NCBI GenBank assembly: GCA_965644295.1 | Contig: CBFFRP010000013.1 | Coordinates: 1 to 26,662 of the forward strand | Source of the DNA: Paraphysomonas bandaiensis | Lineage: Eukaryota > Protista > Chrysophyceae | Length of the DNA: 26,662 bases | Reading direction: 5' to 3' | Shown here: positions 1 to 11,444 of the stretch, one piece after another | Layout: each line of letters starts with the position of its first letter | Position numbering within the stretch: the stretch's first letter is position 1 | Notes under the pieces: model-generated | The model's database searches: none | Seen by the model: only the letters and a program-made list of their open reading frames with translations | Told to the model about the DNA's origin: nothing | Translations under genes and position numbers: made by a program

Positions 1-34
<34 letters not shown>
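1..34. repeat. (AGAC)n microsatellite, truncated by the window start
   Basis: Perfect AGAC tandem array from position 1. Confidence 0.97.
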
Positions 35-35
<1 letters not shown>

Positions 36-47
36 TATATGAGCGCT

Positions 48-545
48 TTATTCATACCTTGGAGTAAATTCTAAAGACACTGTCCAGTGCGTAAAATCAT
101 TATGATTTACCATATTTTCTTTAAATGGTTCACCGTTTATATCATATAATCTGAATCGTATTTTTTTCGGACTACAACTATTATCAACCTTAAACCTGTT
201 GTTTTTATTTTTACATGGCGGTAAAGCCCCGCTCCCATCAGAATACATGCAACATAATAAAAAATGGTCTGATCCTTCGGCTAAATTATCCGCATACAAA
301 CCCATTTTTTTAAAATCAGCCCTACGAAAACTCATTTTTTCATCATCATCCTGAGGAATTGCAGATATATTCAAAGTTTCAATATTCATACAAAACCCGA
401 TGCATTCAACTTCATAATAATCACAATCATCACAAGACAGAACTGGTAAAATTAATGTACAATCGTGAGCGCTTTCATTCATAGCATTTATAGACGTAAA
501 ATTATAAATAAAACTTTGGTTTCTGGGGAAATCCATCATAAACAT
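48..545 (-). CDS. Putative minor capsid (penton, single jelly-roll) protein of a Polinton-like virus, 165 aa
   Basis: Intronless and beta-strand patterned. The C-terminal KKIRFRLYDINGEPF...WTVSLEFTP resembles the 'I.i.L.D..G...' strand and final 'L.F' strand of Polinton/PLV/virophage pentons. Motif recognition only. Confidence 0.6.
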   Translation of the reverse strand: MFMMDFPRNQSFIYNFTSINAMNESAHDCTLILPVLSCDDCDYYEVECIGFCMNIETLNISAIPQDDDEKMSFRRADFKKMGLYADNLAEGSDHFLLCCMYSDGSGALPPCKNKNNRFKVDNSCSPKKIRFRLYDINGEPFKENMVNHNDFTHWTVSLEFTPRYE

Positions 546-580
546 TATATAATATATGTTATATAATAATTTAAAATTAA

Positions 581-754
581 TTAAAGCTTTTTCTTAATTC
601 TCTTTTTCACTGATGTAGCCTTTTTGTTTATCTTCTTGGCTACCTCCTTACGCTTGTTCTCTGCGTGTTTGGTTACGTCTTGTTTTGCTTTGTTTACTGT
701 TGCTCTCAAAGCTTTATTAATCATTTTGTTAACTTGTGCTTGATTCTTCGGCAT
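581..754 (-). CDS. Small Lys-rich basic protein, 57 aa (MPKNQ...KKRIKKKL); possible viral core/DNA-condensing protein
   Basis: ATG at 754 follows a TATA-rich run like that of the neighbouring ORF. Very high Lys content; co-oriented with the penton-like ORF and 35 bp from it. Confidence 0.55.
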   Translation of the reverse strand: MPKNQAQVNKMINKALRATVNKAKQDVTKHAENKRKEVAKKINKKATSVKKRIKKKL

Positions 755-874
755 ATATAATAAGTGTATATATTTTTTTACAGGATAACAGGGAGTAAAA
801 TACGGCATGTCTATATATAGGGTAGTTAGGTCTATTGTTCCGTCTATCTGTTGTAATTGTTCGGTGTTTAAGTC

Positions 875-950
875 AGGGTTGGTATATCGTTTGGTTAATA
901 GGGTCGGTTGATCGTTTGGTTGATAGGGTCGGTTGATCGCTGGGGTTAAT
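875..950. repeat. 25-bp tandem repeat (~3 copies) in the putative terminal region
   Basis: Unit ATCGTTTGGTT(A/G)ATAGGGTCGGTTG; ATCG recurs at 886, 911 and 936. Confidence 0.85.
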
Positions 951-1430
951 ATGTATAGTATTATTTTATTTTGATTGCATTTTTTTTGACATTTTTGTTG
1001 AAAATATTTATTTCTGATATTTATTTTTTAGAAAAAAGTTTTTTTTAAAGAAAAATGTTGTAAAAAATGTAGTGTATACTGTTGCAAAATTTGTGAAAAT
1101 AAGATTTTTTTTGCATTTTTTATTGTGAAAGGTGACACGACATTTTTTATGTAAAAAAGTGTATAAAAAAATGTAATGTATAATATTGGAAGCACTTGTA
1201 CGTGATACACAGCGATACCATAGGGGTAAGGGTCAGTATAAATTAATAGTTTTTATGGTCACGGTTAACACGGCTAGGGTCGAAGACCCCCCCCCCCTCT
1301 CTCTGTGTGTGTCTCTGACTACTACTGTGTAATTCAAGTAACGGCTACAAGTCAATATAGCATTTTAATTACTTAAAAGAGCAATACATAGCAATGTAAG
1401 GTAAAGATTTGACAAACTTAAACAATGCAG

Positions 1431-1626
1431 TAGTGAATGTCTTATGTGCAATAGGCGTGTAAGAGTCAGAACTAATGTAGCAAATCAATTTAACTAACTT
1501 GTGCTTAACTCTGCTATCCTACTATTTAGCGCTACGACAGCTGCTTGTGCGTCACTGCAAGCACCAAGGTGCAACCAATTTTACCCTATTACTCAAAGCA
1601 ATCGCAGAGGAAAGCAGAATGTTAAC
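1431..1626. mobile_element. Dispersed repeat family R, copy 1 (end fragment)
   Basis: Starts TAGTGAATGTCTT and contains CAAGCACCAAGGTGCAAC (1558-1575), shared with the copies at 9270, 10058 and 21981. Confidence 0.85.
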
Positions 1627-2498
1627 GATTATTAAGATGTTAGTACTCAAGAATAAGAAGAGTATAGTGTTTACGTGTTCACTGTTCAATCACATACATT
1701 GTGAGCAATACTCAACAAAACTGACCTTCATCTGTCAGCTATAGTATCTTGCATACTGCATACTGTATACTATATAACTATTATATTTTTATTTTCTGAG
1801 ACGATATGCCATATATATTTTGGTATCATAAGGAAACGTAGTAATTATACATTATAGGCATGGGAAAAACACATGATTTTTTGCAGTTAGCATTGGTTAT
1901 TTCAGTTCTATTAATAGTTTTATTTTCTTTGATTGCATCTGAGTATTTACTGCATTAATTGGCGAAAACTTCGTCTTTTAAGTAGTGCACACCAATATTA
2001 GAGTAGAAAATTACTTCTCAGGATACGGGTGACCCTCTAGACCCAACTATCAAATTAATATACTAAAGGTTGGTGAATAGTACTTAACCGTTCTACACGT
2101 ATTGAAGAATAGTACATATAATCATCAAATTTAATTTAAGGTGTTGTATTCTTCCATACAGTGCTGACCGATATACTGATCTATTATTTCTGTGAAATGT
2201 TTCAAGTTAATACTACTACAATAACCTATAAAATATGACAATCGATAAGCATTAAATTGTCTGTAATTCGGGAACCCATTCATTTAGTATGTGCATAGCG
2301 GCTTCTCAATTTAGTATGGCGGGTCAGGGAAAATGATATTAGTTCGAAAAGTAGTCGCTCGGGTGTTCGCATACGAGGACGGCGTTAGAGATACGCAATC
2401 ACTGATCAGAGAATGGGGACACACGGAATTATCTGATGTGGACTTCTTCGAAAGAATCTAAGCCAGAGTTATCACGTAAAGAAAACATTCGCTCTTAC

Positions 2499-3137
2499 CA
2501 TAGAAGACTTGGACGCGTACCATTTGTAATACAACATCAGTTTATGCGTCAAAGAGTATTCCCGAGCAATAACTTTTGACTCACATGCCACTTTATGTGG
2601 AGTGTTATCTGCATAAGTAACAAACATAATAATTATAGTTATATACATACAATATATAGTTACATATATATAGTTACATACATACGTACATACATACATA
2701 CATGTACAGCATAGAGCTATAGGGATGTGTATAGTTATATACATACAGTATCAACCTGGATATTTAAGAAGTTTCGAAGTAGTTTCTGGGAATTTATTCG
2801 TCATCCAGAAATCTCGTTTAGTATTACTGTGTTTCTCTATAGATGCACATGTCGCTTCAGCCACTTTACGAAATTCTTCTTTCTTTTGTATGGCAGATTC
2901 ATCTGATTTCCCATGACCAATCATAGGAGCGGAGTAGGGGTTAGGGATAGATGGCATAGGGGTGGTTGTATGGGTATAAGATGATGTATGTATATGTTCT
3001 TTAGTTGTGTATGGTATATGAGAGGCAGGATCTTCTTCTTAACACATATGTCCACTGCAAGAACTCTGTGGGAAGCAATCTATACATACAGGAGCACAGT
3101 GCAGGCAGCCAGTGTAACAGTAATGGATGCATTCAGC
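2499..3137 (-). pseudogene. Spliced Cys-rich (zinc-finger-like) gene fragment with an in-frame stop
   Basis: Frame reads CIHYCYTGCLHCAPVCIDCFPQSSCSGHMC*EEDP...KLLKYP. A GT-AG intron at 2755-2609 joins in phase (CCA G|AT) to DNTPHKVACESK...KSSM, followed by a GTAAGA donor at 2498. TAA at 3039-3041. Confidence 0.5.
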
Positions 3138-3247
3138 GATAAATAGAAGGTACAAAAATGAGGAAATCAAGGGTTTTTGTAGTTTTGTAGAGAAAAACGG
3201 GGTTTATTGTATGTACAGCAATGAATGTACATGTTCGTAGTGTACGG

Positions 3248-3475
3248 TATGTATGTATGTATGTATGTATGTATGTATGTATGTATGTATGTATGTATGT
3301 ATGTATGTATGTATGTATGTATGTATGTATGTATGTATGTATGTATGTATGTATGTATGTATGTATGTATGTATGTATGTATGTATGTATGTATGTATGT
3401 ATGTATGTATGTATGTATGTATGTATGTATGTATGTATGTATGTATGTATGTATGTATGTATGTATGTATGTATG
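3248..3475. repeat. (TATG)n microsatellite
   Basis: Perfect array of ~57 units; explains the MYVC/HTYI ORFs. Confidence 0.98.
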
Positions 3476-3708
3476 CATCGCCATATCAGTACATTCATAT
3501 ATACATACATACACATGCCTGTTAAGTTACTCAGGAATCCATCCCTATTAATTCATCAGTGCTCACACCTCACGGTAGCAAATAGCTTCCAGTCAGCACT
3601 TGATTCCTACTAACCACATACCAGTAGAGGATAATAATGCCCTCATCTCACACACATTAACTCCTTAATTCTCCTCTATTTAATACACACACACATACAT
3701 ACACAAAC

Positions 3709-6700
3709 ATGTCCACAGCAAGACCAACATTAACACGTAGAAGTAGTACACGTGATCGACGTATTGATACAAAAAAAGAAAATGATAAAACACCAGATAA
3801 AATTAATGGATTACTCCTTGCTGATAGCATCTCATTAGAGCACACGATGAGAGTGAAGGACACTATTAAAGTCGCATCGAAAGCATGGCTTCATCATTTT
3901 CTTAAAATGGATGGATTACAAAATTTAGTATCTATGTTGGTGAAGTTTCAAAGTATGGATGATAAAGAACCAAATGAATTAAGAATTCAATATGAGTTAT
4001 TGTTATCTGTAAAAGCTGCGATGAACAGTCAGGCAGGTCTTGATATGATGATAGATCAACCTGATCTCGTTGCTTCACTTGCACTGAATATTGATAGTGA
4101 AGACAGTGCGATATGTACTCAGGTAGTTAAATTATATTATGGATTTCGTCTTTAAATATTCCTTTCCTTGTGAAGACTTTGGAGCTGTTAGCGGTTCTAA
4201 TGGTGTCAGGAGACAATGGTTGTCGGGCTGTACTAGAGGCTCTCGACTTTTTCAAGCTAGTCACTCGTGAACGCGTGCGATTCCAATGCCTTGTGGATGC
4301 GTTGCACTCCAATGGAACTAGTTTTGCTTTTAAGAGAGATATCATCCTTTTCCTTAATACAGTAGTGAACACTGCCACTGATCTGGAAGACAGACTTGAG
4401 ATTCGGGCGGATATGATTTACTCTGGTATGGTTTCTTTACATGCAGTCTAGCGTGGACGTGATTGAATTGACACAGGAATTATTCCCACTGTTGAAAAAC
4501 TCAAGGCACTATGTTTTGATGAGCTGGGAAAGGATTTCGAGGTAATTTATTTACTGTGCTTGCTGCGATGTTGACGCTGGTGTGATTCATCCATCCAGGA
4601 GGACTATGACCAGGAAGCGACCCAGCAGATGGAAGAAGTACAGGAACTAGAAGCTCAGCTTCAGGTCTTTGAGACCGTCATGCAGCGCGATATTGCAGAG
4701 TGTGTGACGGACCTCGAGACTACTTTTCAGTCTACCGAAGTGGATCTCTCTGGTGGGTTCCTATTTTGTTGTGTTTATCTGTGATTATAGATATCAATAG
4801 ATCCCGAGCAAATATTCCAGTCGTTACACGCCTCATCTGTGGAGCACGAGTGCTTTATACCATTCCTCAGGTATATTCTGTTCTATTTTCTAGAGGTCCC
4901 TATTTACCTTGATCATACAGCGTGCTCCAAACTCTACTGATGATCCCTTCGTATGACTCCTTTGGTAAAATGCAATGGGAAACTGTGGATTCAGTCCTGA
5001 AGAAACTGGTTGCTGGGGAGGCCATAGCTGCGAATGAGGAATACGCTCCAGAGTTCTTGATCTCTAATACTAAACAGAACCTAAGTTGGAAGCAGCGGTG
5101 GGTATTATTGTATGAATCTAGTATGCATACGAGATTCGTTGTTTTGGTATGATGTGTGGTAATTTCTTACGTGATGTAGACTGGAAGAACTCTCTCAGCA
5201 AGCAGATCAGCTCGGTGCCCGGTGTCAAGAGATGGAAGAGGTGTGTTTACCGTACTCATTTCTATGCGCTGAATAGCGTTTTTGTGTGCTTGAACATTCG
5301 TGTGTAATGTATTTTAGCAATGTGTGGTAAAATCATTTCCGACAACTGTGTATATGTAAATAGCGTGAGTGTAAGTGTACTCCGTTGTTGTACTATATGC
5401 CATACGTATGACGGTACGAATTATATACATGACATAACTTTAATTGCAGGCGGAGCTCGTCATGAAAGATGAGTTAGAGGAGCTACGCCGCAAGGAATCT
5501 GCGATGCTCTTCATGCGTGAGAAAGAACGGAAGGTCTGGTCCAATCACACATGTACTAGAACTAACGATGTCGCCTACAGGCTGCAGAGGTTGTGACGAG
5601 ACAGTTGAGGCATATGCAAGATCTGAGAGAGTTTGAAAAAGGCCTCGTATCTCGCGCCGAGGAGATCTTAGTCACTGGGCAACAGCAACAGCAGGATACC
5701 CACGCGCGACGGCTAAGTTCGGCTTCTGGCAAGAACAGCAGTCGACGACCTAGTATGCTTAAGGGGGTTGTTCCTGTGGGAAAGACCGTAGGGCCAGTTG
5801 CCAGGCCTGTGATGCGCATTCAGGGCTCACGTAACCTATTGAACTGCCCCTCTGATGAGGAATACGACGATGAGTATGAGTCCTACCAGGAACATGACAA
5901 AGAGGGAGAGGAATTTGAAGAGGGTCAATCTCCCGCAGATGCAGAAACTCCATCAGAAAGTTCTGGAACAGCGGGAGGAATGCGCCGGGGTCCAAGGGCG
6001 GGGGGGAGGGGATTCGGGAGAGGTATGCCGATGAGACACATGCCCCCCAGACATCCACAGAGCATACCGGAGCAACCTGAAACCGTGGTAAGTACAACTG
6101 AAAAGGAGGGGGAAGAAGAGGATATGAGTGTCGGAAATGAACCGGGAGATACTGGAACTCAAGAGGTAGGTGAATTAAAGGCGGAGGGCAATGGGGATGA
6201 AGGGCAGCCCCTCACTGTGAGTGCGGTGGATGTTGGAGCTCTGCAGGAGGCTGCACGAGCGTCACTGCAGCGAGCAGACAGTAAGGAGGTAGAGTTCGTA
6301 CAAATGAAGCGCCGACTTTTCGACCTGGAGGTGCGCCTGCAGGAAGCACAGCGGGAGCTTCAGAGGCAGCAGGACTTGGCACGTGATAAGGAGACTGAAT
6401 ACAAGCGAAAACTGAAACAAGGAGAGACAACACCATCACAAGATCCCAGGGAGACCATTATATCTTTACTGCAGAAAAGAGGTAGCACCCCGGGCAAACA
6501 AGTGGGGGAGGGGGATGCGGTGTCCACACCTGTGGCAGAACCGCCTTCGAAAAGTGGAACTGGGGCGGCATCCTCCGAGACTGTGGAGGGAACTCAGGGC
6601 GGGGTTGCAGGAAAACTAGGTGCTGGGGGACTGTCGAATCTGAACGCACTCTTTGGTGGGGTGAAAGCGAGCACACCCCCTCCTTCCAAACAGGTCGCCG

Positions 6701-8921
6701 AGTCACCTTCGTCTGGTGAGCCTAAAAGGAGATTGTCGTTCAAGCAGCCCATCGAGGAGGATGGAAAACGCCGTGCTGTGAATGACCGTGGTCCTCCACC
6801 TCAAGCACCTCCACTACCTCCTGGAGCTATGCAGCTCTTGATGTCCCTTGAAGCGGGCAAGCCAGGGGGGATTCCTCTAGCTCCCCCGATGCCCCACGAG
6901 TCGGCTGGACATGCTGCCGAAGAAAAGAAAGATGAGCACGCTAAACCTAAAAAAGAGGTTGTTGAGCCATCAGTGCCTATGCGTTCGCTGTTCTGGAATA
7001 AAATTCCTGACCGGGCTATATTCAAAACTGTGTGGGAGCATCTGTCAGACGAGGAAGTTAAACTAGATATTCAGAAGCTAGAGTCACTTTTCTGTAAGGC
7101 GGTAGTGAAGCCACAGGATGATAGTGACAAGAAAGATAGCAGTCAAGCAAAACCTGAAAAACCGAAGGAAGTAGCCCTGCTAGACACTAAGGTTCAGCAG
7201 AACGTGGGAATCGCGCTTGTAAAGTACCGCATGCCCTCACATGAGATTCGCAAGGCTATTATGCGTATGGACGAGAAAAAACTGGACCTAGAAAAACTCA
7301 ATTCTCTGCGTGCGTTGGCGCCTACTGCGGACGACATATCCGCCCTTCGCGAATATGATGGTGATGTGGAGAATCTAGGAAGAGTGGAAAAGTTTTTCAT
7401 GCAAATCATCGATATTCCCCGTTACACGCAGCGACTTGACTGCTTTATTTTTATGCGGAAGTTTCAAAACTTAGTATCTGAAGCATACTGTCAGCACGAC
7501 ATACTCAACCGCGCAATAGATCAGGTGGAGAACTCACAGTCTCTCAGGCGAGTGTTGGAGATTGTGCTGGCTATTGGAAACTACCTTAATGGTGGCACAC
7601 CAAGGGGCGGGGTGTATGGGTTCAAGTTGGATGGACTACAGAAGCTGTCTACCGTCAAGAGTGTGGACAATAAGTTATCATTGATGCACTTCGTTTCAAT
7701 GCACTGTGAGGAGACAGACGCAGGGATACTGGCAATAGAGGAAGAGTTGTCTGTGACAGAAGAGGCGGCCAGAATAGGACTGGACACTTGTCGCTCTGAA
7801 ATTGCATCCCTTAGAAAGAACCTTAAGAATATAGAGGAGCAGATTGCCGCTCAACAAGAAGATGATATCAAGGATCCCAACGACAAGTTTATAGAAAAGG
7901 TATTGCCGTTCCGCAATGAGGCGACAGTAGAGGTCGAGCGATTAGAGGCAGAGTATGCTTCCATGACGCAGCGGTTCTCGCAGTTAGCTGAATCTTTCGG
8001 TGAAGATGGCAAGAAAACCACAACAGAGGAGTTCTTCACGCTAATAAAAGACTTCGTGGCGGGATTTGTTAAGGCTCATAGGGATAACGAAAAACGTCGC
8101 ATCATGCAGGAGAAGGCTGAAATGAAGCGGGTGCGTAAGAGTATAGAATAGCTTCCAATATAAATTTTGTATATTTTGTGTGCTATAGGCGGCGGAGGAA
8201 AAGAAAAAGAAACTTAGAGCAGAGCGGAAGGCGGCGGCTGCAAGCGACATTGAGACTCTCGTCGATGACGTGTTTGGGAACCTCAAGGGAAAGAAAGCGG
8301 ACGAGATTGTGGATTCTCTCAAGGTGTCGGCTACACATACTTCTCGACGTAAGAAGAGTCATAGTCGGCGCATCGGAGCGGGACGGAGACAGAAGCACAT
8401 AGGTGCCGCTGAGGTACCAGTAGAGGAGGATGATGCACTAGCGGCAATGATGTCGAAATTGGGGGTGGATAGTAGTGCGAATGGATCCAAGTGAGAATTA
8501 CTGAATTGCTATGTGTATGTCTTGTTATGACTCTATACTCAGGAAAAAGAGATCGTCCAAGATTGCTGTACCAGAGGTTGAGGGCGCCGATGCTGTGTCA
8601 CCTGAATCCGCTGCTGCTATTCCCCTGTCGAGTGAGGTTGTGCTGGCTTTAGCTAATGACATGATCAAGGATAGCCCGCCCCCTGCTTCTGCCTCGGGAA
8701 CTGCTAAAGTCGCACTCTCGAAGAAGCCCTCCAGCAAAAAGAGTTTGGAGGATGGACCTCGATCTCGAACGAGTGCTAGCAGGAGATCGGATGGAGGGGG
8801 TGTTGGACGGGCAAGTCAAGCGCCTGCAGAAGACAGCGAATTGGCCGCCTTTTTGAATAGAAAAAAGGAAGGATCTGAGCGAAAACTAAGTGGTGGTGGT
8901 CGACGAAATGTTAAACTGTAG
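3709..8921 (+). CDS. Formin (GBD/FH3, short FH1, FH2), ~1501 aa. Exons: 3709-4122, 4176-4425, 4477-4541, 4599-4752, 4801-4870, 4921-5097, 5180-5240, 5450-5533, 5581-8130, 8189-8490, 8543-8921
   Basis: FH2 motifs MRSLFWNKIP and VLAIGNYLNGGTPRGGVYGFKLDGLQKLSTVKS; Pro-rich PPPQAPPLPP; GBD/FH3-like WLHHFLKMDGL and RERVRFQCLV. All ten GT-AG introns preserve frame. Confidence 0.93.
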
Positions 8922-9269
8922 ACACGGAGCTGTTAGAGTTATTAGTTCGTTGGTTGATTTGGAGTGCGCTTACGGTGGTGTTGTATTTTGTACTCTCTAT
9001 GAATTGTCTGTACATTGTTGTGAGCGTGCATGTATATGATACAGTACGATTTGAATAATAGTGGCAATACTATGCCATGAAAATAAATAATGTAGAGTGG
9101 TATTTACGTATTTGCTGCATATAGTATTCTTGTGCAACATGTTTGGTATACAGTCTCTGCAGCCGATAAAATCTCTGAGAATTGATGGGTTTACTTTTTC
9201 AGTTAGATAACTGAATTGATTACTCTCAGCACTCAAATAATTAAAACTGGGAGATTCATATCTCGACAT

Positions 9270-9745
9270 CCCTCAACAAAGTCATTAACACGCACCTTTT
9301 CGTGGTGTTCTGGGGGATAAGTACCGCAGAGATTCTCTCTGGGAAACTAACTTGAGCATAGTCAGCAGATAATGTTCTGCCCACTCATAGCCGAATGCTT
9401 GTGCGGTGCAAGGGACACCAATAAGTGTCACTTGTGTAGACGTCTTTGGACCCTGATGAATAAACAGGCATCCCGGACAGGGCCCACCTGAAAGGTAACC
9501 GGGTATTGGGCTGCCTGCTGAAGTCAAGCATCCGGGATGTTCACCTTGAGGACTCAGAACGGAAGTGGTTGCACCTTGGTGCTTGCGGCGACGCACAAGC
9601 AGCATTCGTAGTGTTAAACAGTAGGATAATAGAGTTTGTACTGATTAGTTACAGGTAGAGGTCTAACTAGGTTGACTAGTATTCATCTAGCTACTAAATC
9701 GGTGCAGGCTTTTAACGCCTATTGCTAAATAAAAGACTTTCAATA
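9270..9745. mobile_element. Repeat family R, copy 2 (longest; opposite orientation to copy 1)
   Basis: GTTGCACCTTGGTGCTTG at 9568-9585; end ...TTAACGCCTATTGCTAAATAAAAGACTTTCAATA. 9270-9560 also matches 22200-22340 and 22998-23160 on the other strand. Confidence 0.85.
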
Positions 9746-10057
9746 TATTTCGACATTCGTTCCAACTCGCTACATTGATTAGCTGCATTTCACACAGTTG
9801 AGATCATCTAAAGCCCTTATATAAGTTTATCTAGTATATCTCATAGCACTTCCTCAAATTCACATACATTACTGTACAGCACTTAAATACTTCACTGGCG
9901 GTTATATATCAAAGGTCCACAGTATTAAACTTTTTTAAATTATATTAAACTCGACAGAAATAATATTTTCAAAATTTTGGACGATAGACTATGAAAAAAT
10001 TTCCATTGCGGGAGAAAAAAATAAATTAATCATAAAGCGTATGTTCAGTAATTACAT

Positions 10058-10220
10058 TAGTGAATGTCTTGTTATTATCAACAGGCGTTTAAGAGTCACG
10101 ACAAATTTCGCATTACAATTTAACTAAAACTAGTGCTTAACTATGATATCTTACTATTTAGCGCTACGACATCTGCTTGTGCGTCACCTCAAGCACCAAG
10201 GTGCAACCACTTTCGCTCTT
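10058..10220. mobile_element. Repeat family R, copy 3 (end fragment)
   Basis: Starts TAGTGAATGTCTT; core CAAGCACCAAGGTGCAAC at 10190-10207. Confidence 0.85.
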
Positions 10221-11444
10221 TAGCTAATGGGACGCATACTATAACGACAGAATAACTCTCGGAGAAAGTGTACGGTATTGTTGGTTTGCAAAATATTAGA
10301 GTTAGTTCCACCACCAAGACAATCCATATTTTAGTTATGCAGTTCTGCAAAGTATGAATACGTGTACAGCTTATTCTGACACACCATTCAGGAAGCAGAA
10401 TCCTACGAAAAATTGGAAAAATATATGCACACTAAAAGAAATATTACTAGCCCAATATTCCTATCCAATAGCTCCTGTATGGCCTGAACAGCCTGTAATT
10501 CGTACCGTAGCTTATTTTTGTAATTTGATAATACATATAATATGAGTATAATGTGTATTTCCCTGGGACTTAGTTTGAACTAATAGATGTCACTCTAATA
10601 ACTACGTACTGCTCCATTACGAGGCATGGCCATATGTAGTGGTTATGTTGATTAATTGAGTAATGTCTACGTCTTCATTAGTATCCTGGTGCACTTCTTG
10701 TGTGTGGTGCCAATCAACCTCCAGCTAGATCTATACAATAATTGTGTGGTTTCGTAACAGAGTATATCTTATAGTCTCCGCTCTTATCCACTAGAGCCAC
10801 TAATACAGGAGGGAGAATATCTTTGATAAGAGAGAGTAATTCATTGAATGCAAACATGACTAGATTCTATTGTTATGGATACGGAAGCTCTTCATATCTC
10901 GCTATATACATATATATATATCAGTGCAACATCAACACCATGGAGTACCTAGAAATAGGTCCCCATAAGAAAAAAGAGGTCCTCTTACATTTTCATACTG
11001 AAAATATGAGGTTCATTGAAGAAAATCACCCATTTTTTGTTTATGAATTATAATATCACTAAAAAAACAGGATACAACAAAAAAAACTATGTTTTAGTCA
11101 TCCCCGCTAATTTCAGTTTTTTGCAACCAATCCCATAGAATACAGTATACGTATTCCCAGTATTTCCCACTTGGAGGTATAACGAAGTGATGTGAAACTG
11201 CCAGTTGTATACATACATATTCATACATTAGCGTTCTATAGTCAACTGTCATAGCCAGCCCAGCATACAGCTGTATGATATGACATGCAGTGTATAGTAT
11301 ATATATATATATGTAGGTTCAAAGTACACCATGAAGTATGAAGTGAGACAATCAACCCACTTCACTATAATTCAAATCACTGAATTGATAATCATACCAT
11401 ACCATAATTATACATACACAGACGAGTGACTCTGTGACATTAGT

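Larger units (their letters stand above)
35..1326. mobile_element. Right-hand end of a putative endogenous Polinton/Maverick-like virus (left part outside the window)
   Basis: Very AT-rich, intronless, closely packed ORFs unlike the host genes; penton-like ORF. Read inward, the terminus is AGTAGTAGTCAGAGACACACACAGAGAGAG followed by a G run, matching the AGT/AG simple-repeat ends known for Polinton TIRs. Confidence 0.65.

Noticed and set aside
875-950. CRISPR-like array
   Set aside because: Head-to-tail repeats without unique spacers, in a eukaryotic context with no cas genes.
1499-1744. ORFs 1499-1744 and 9285-9605 as genes
   Set aside because: They lie in repeat family R, and the frames are not maintained across the other copies.
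3039-3041. In-frame TAA as a sign of stop-codon reassignment
   Set aside because: hemC ends in TAA, formin and CFAP47 end in TAG, and the 6.9-kb CFAP47 exon has no in-frame stops.
3133-3613. MYVC/HTYI-repeat ORFs (also 25551-26661)
   Set aside because: Translations of stop-free TATG/TACA microsatellites.
9450-9500. CTGATGA...GAAA as a hammerhead ribozyme core
   Set aside because: Stems I-III cannot be formed around the motifs, and the 22300 copy reads CTGCTGA...GAAT.
1431-9745. One large TIR element enclosing the formin
   Set aside because: Both are the long-arm type of end and are diverged, and the formin looks like an ordinary host gene; independent insertions are simpler.
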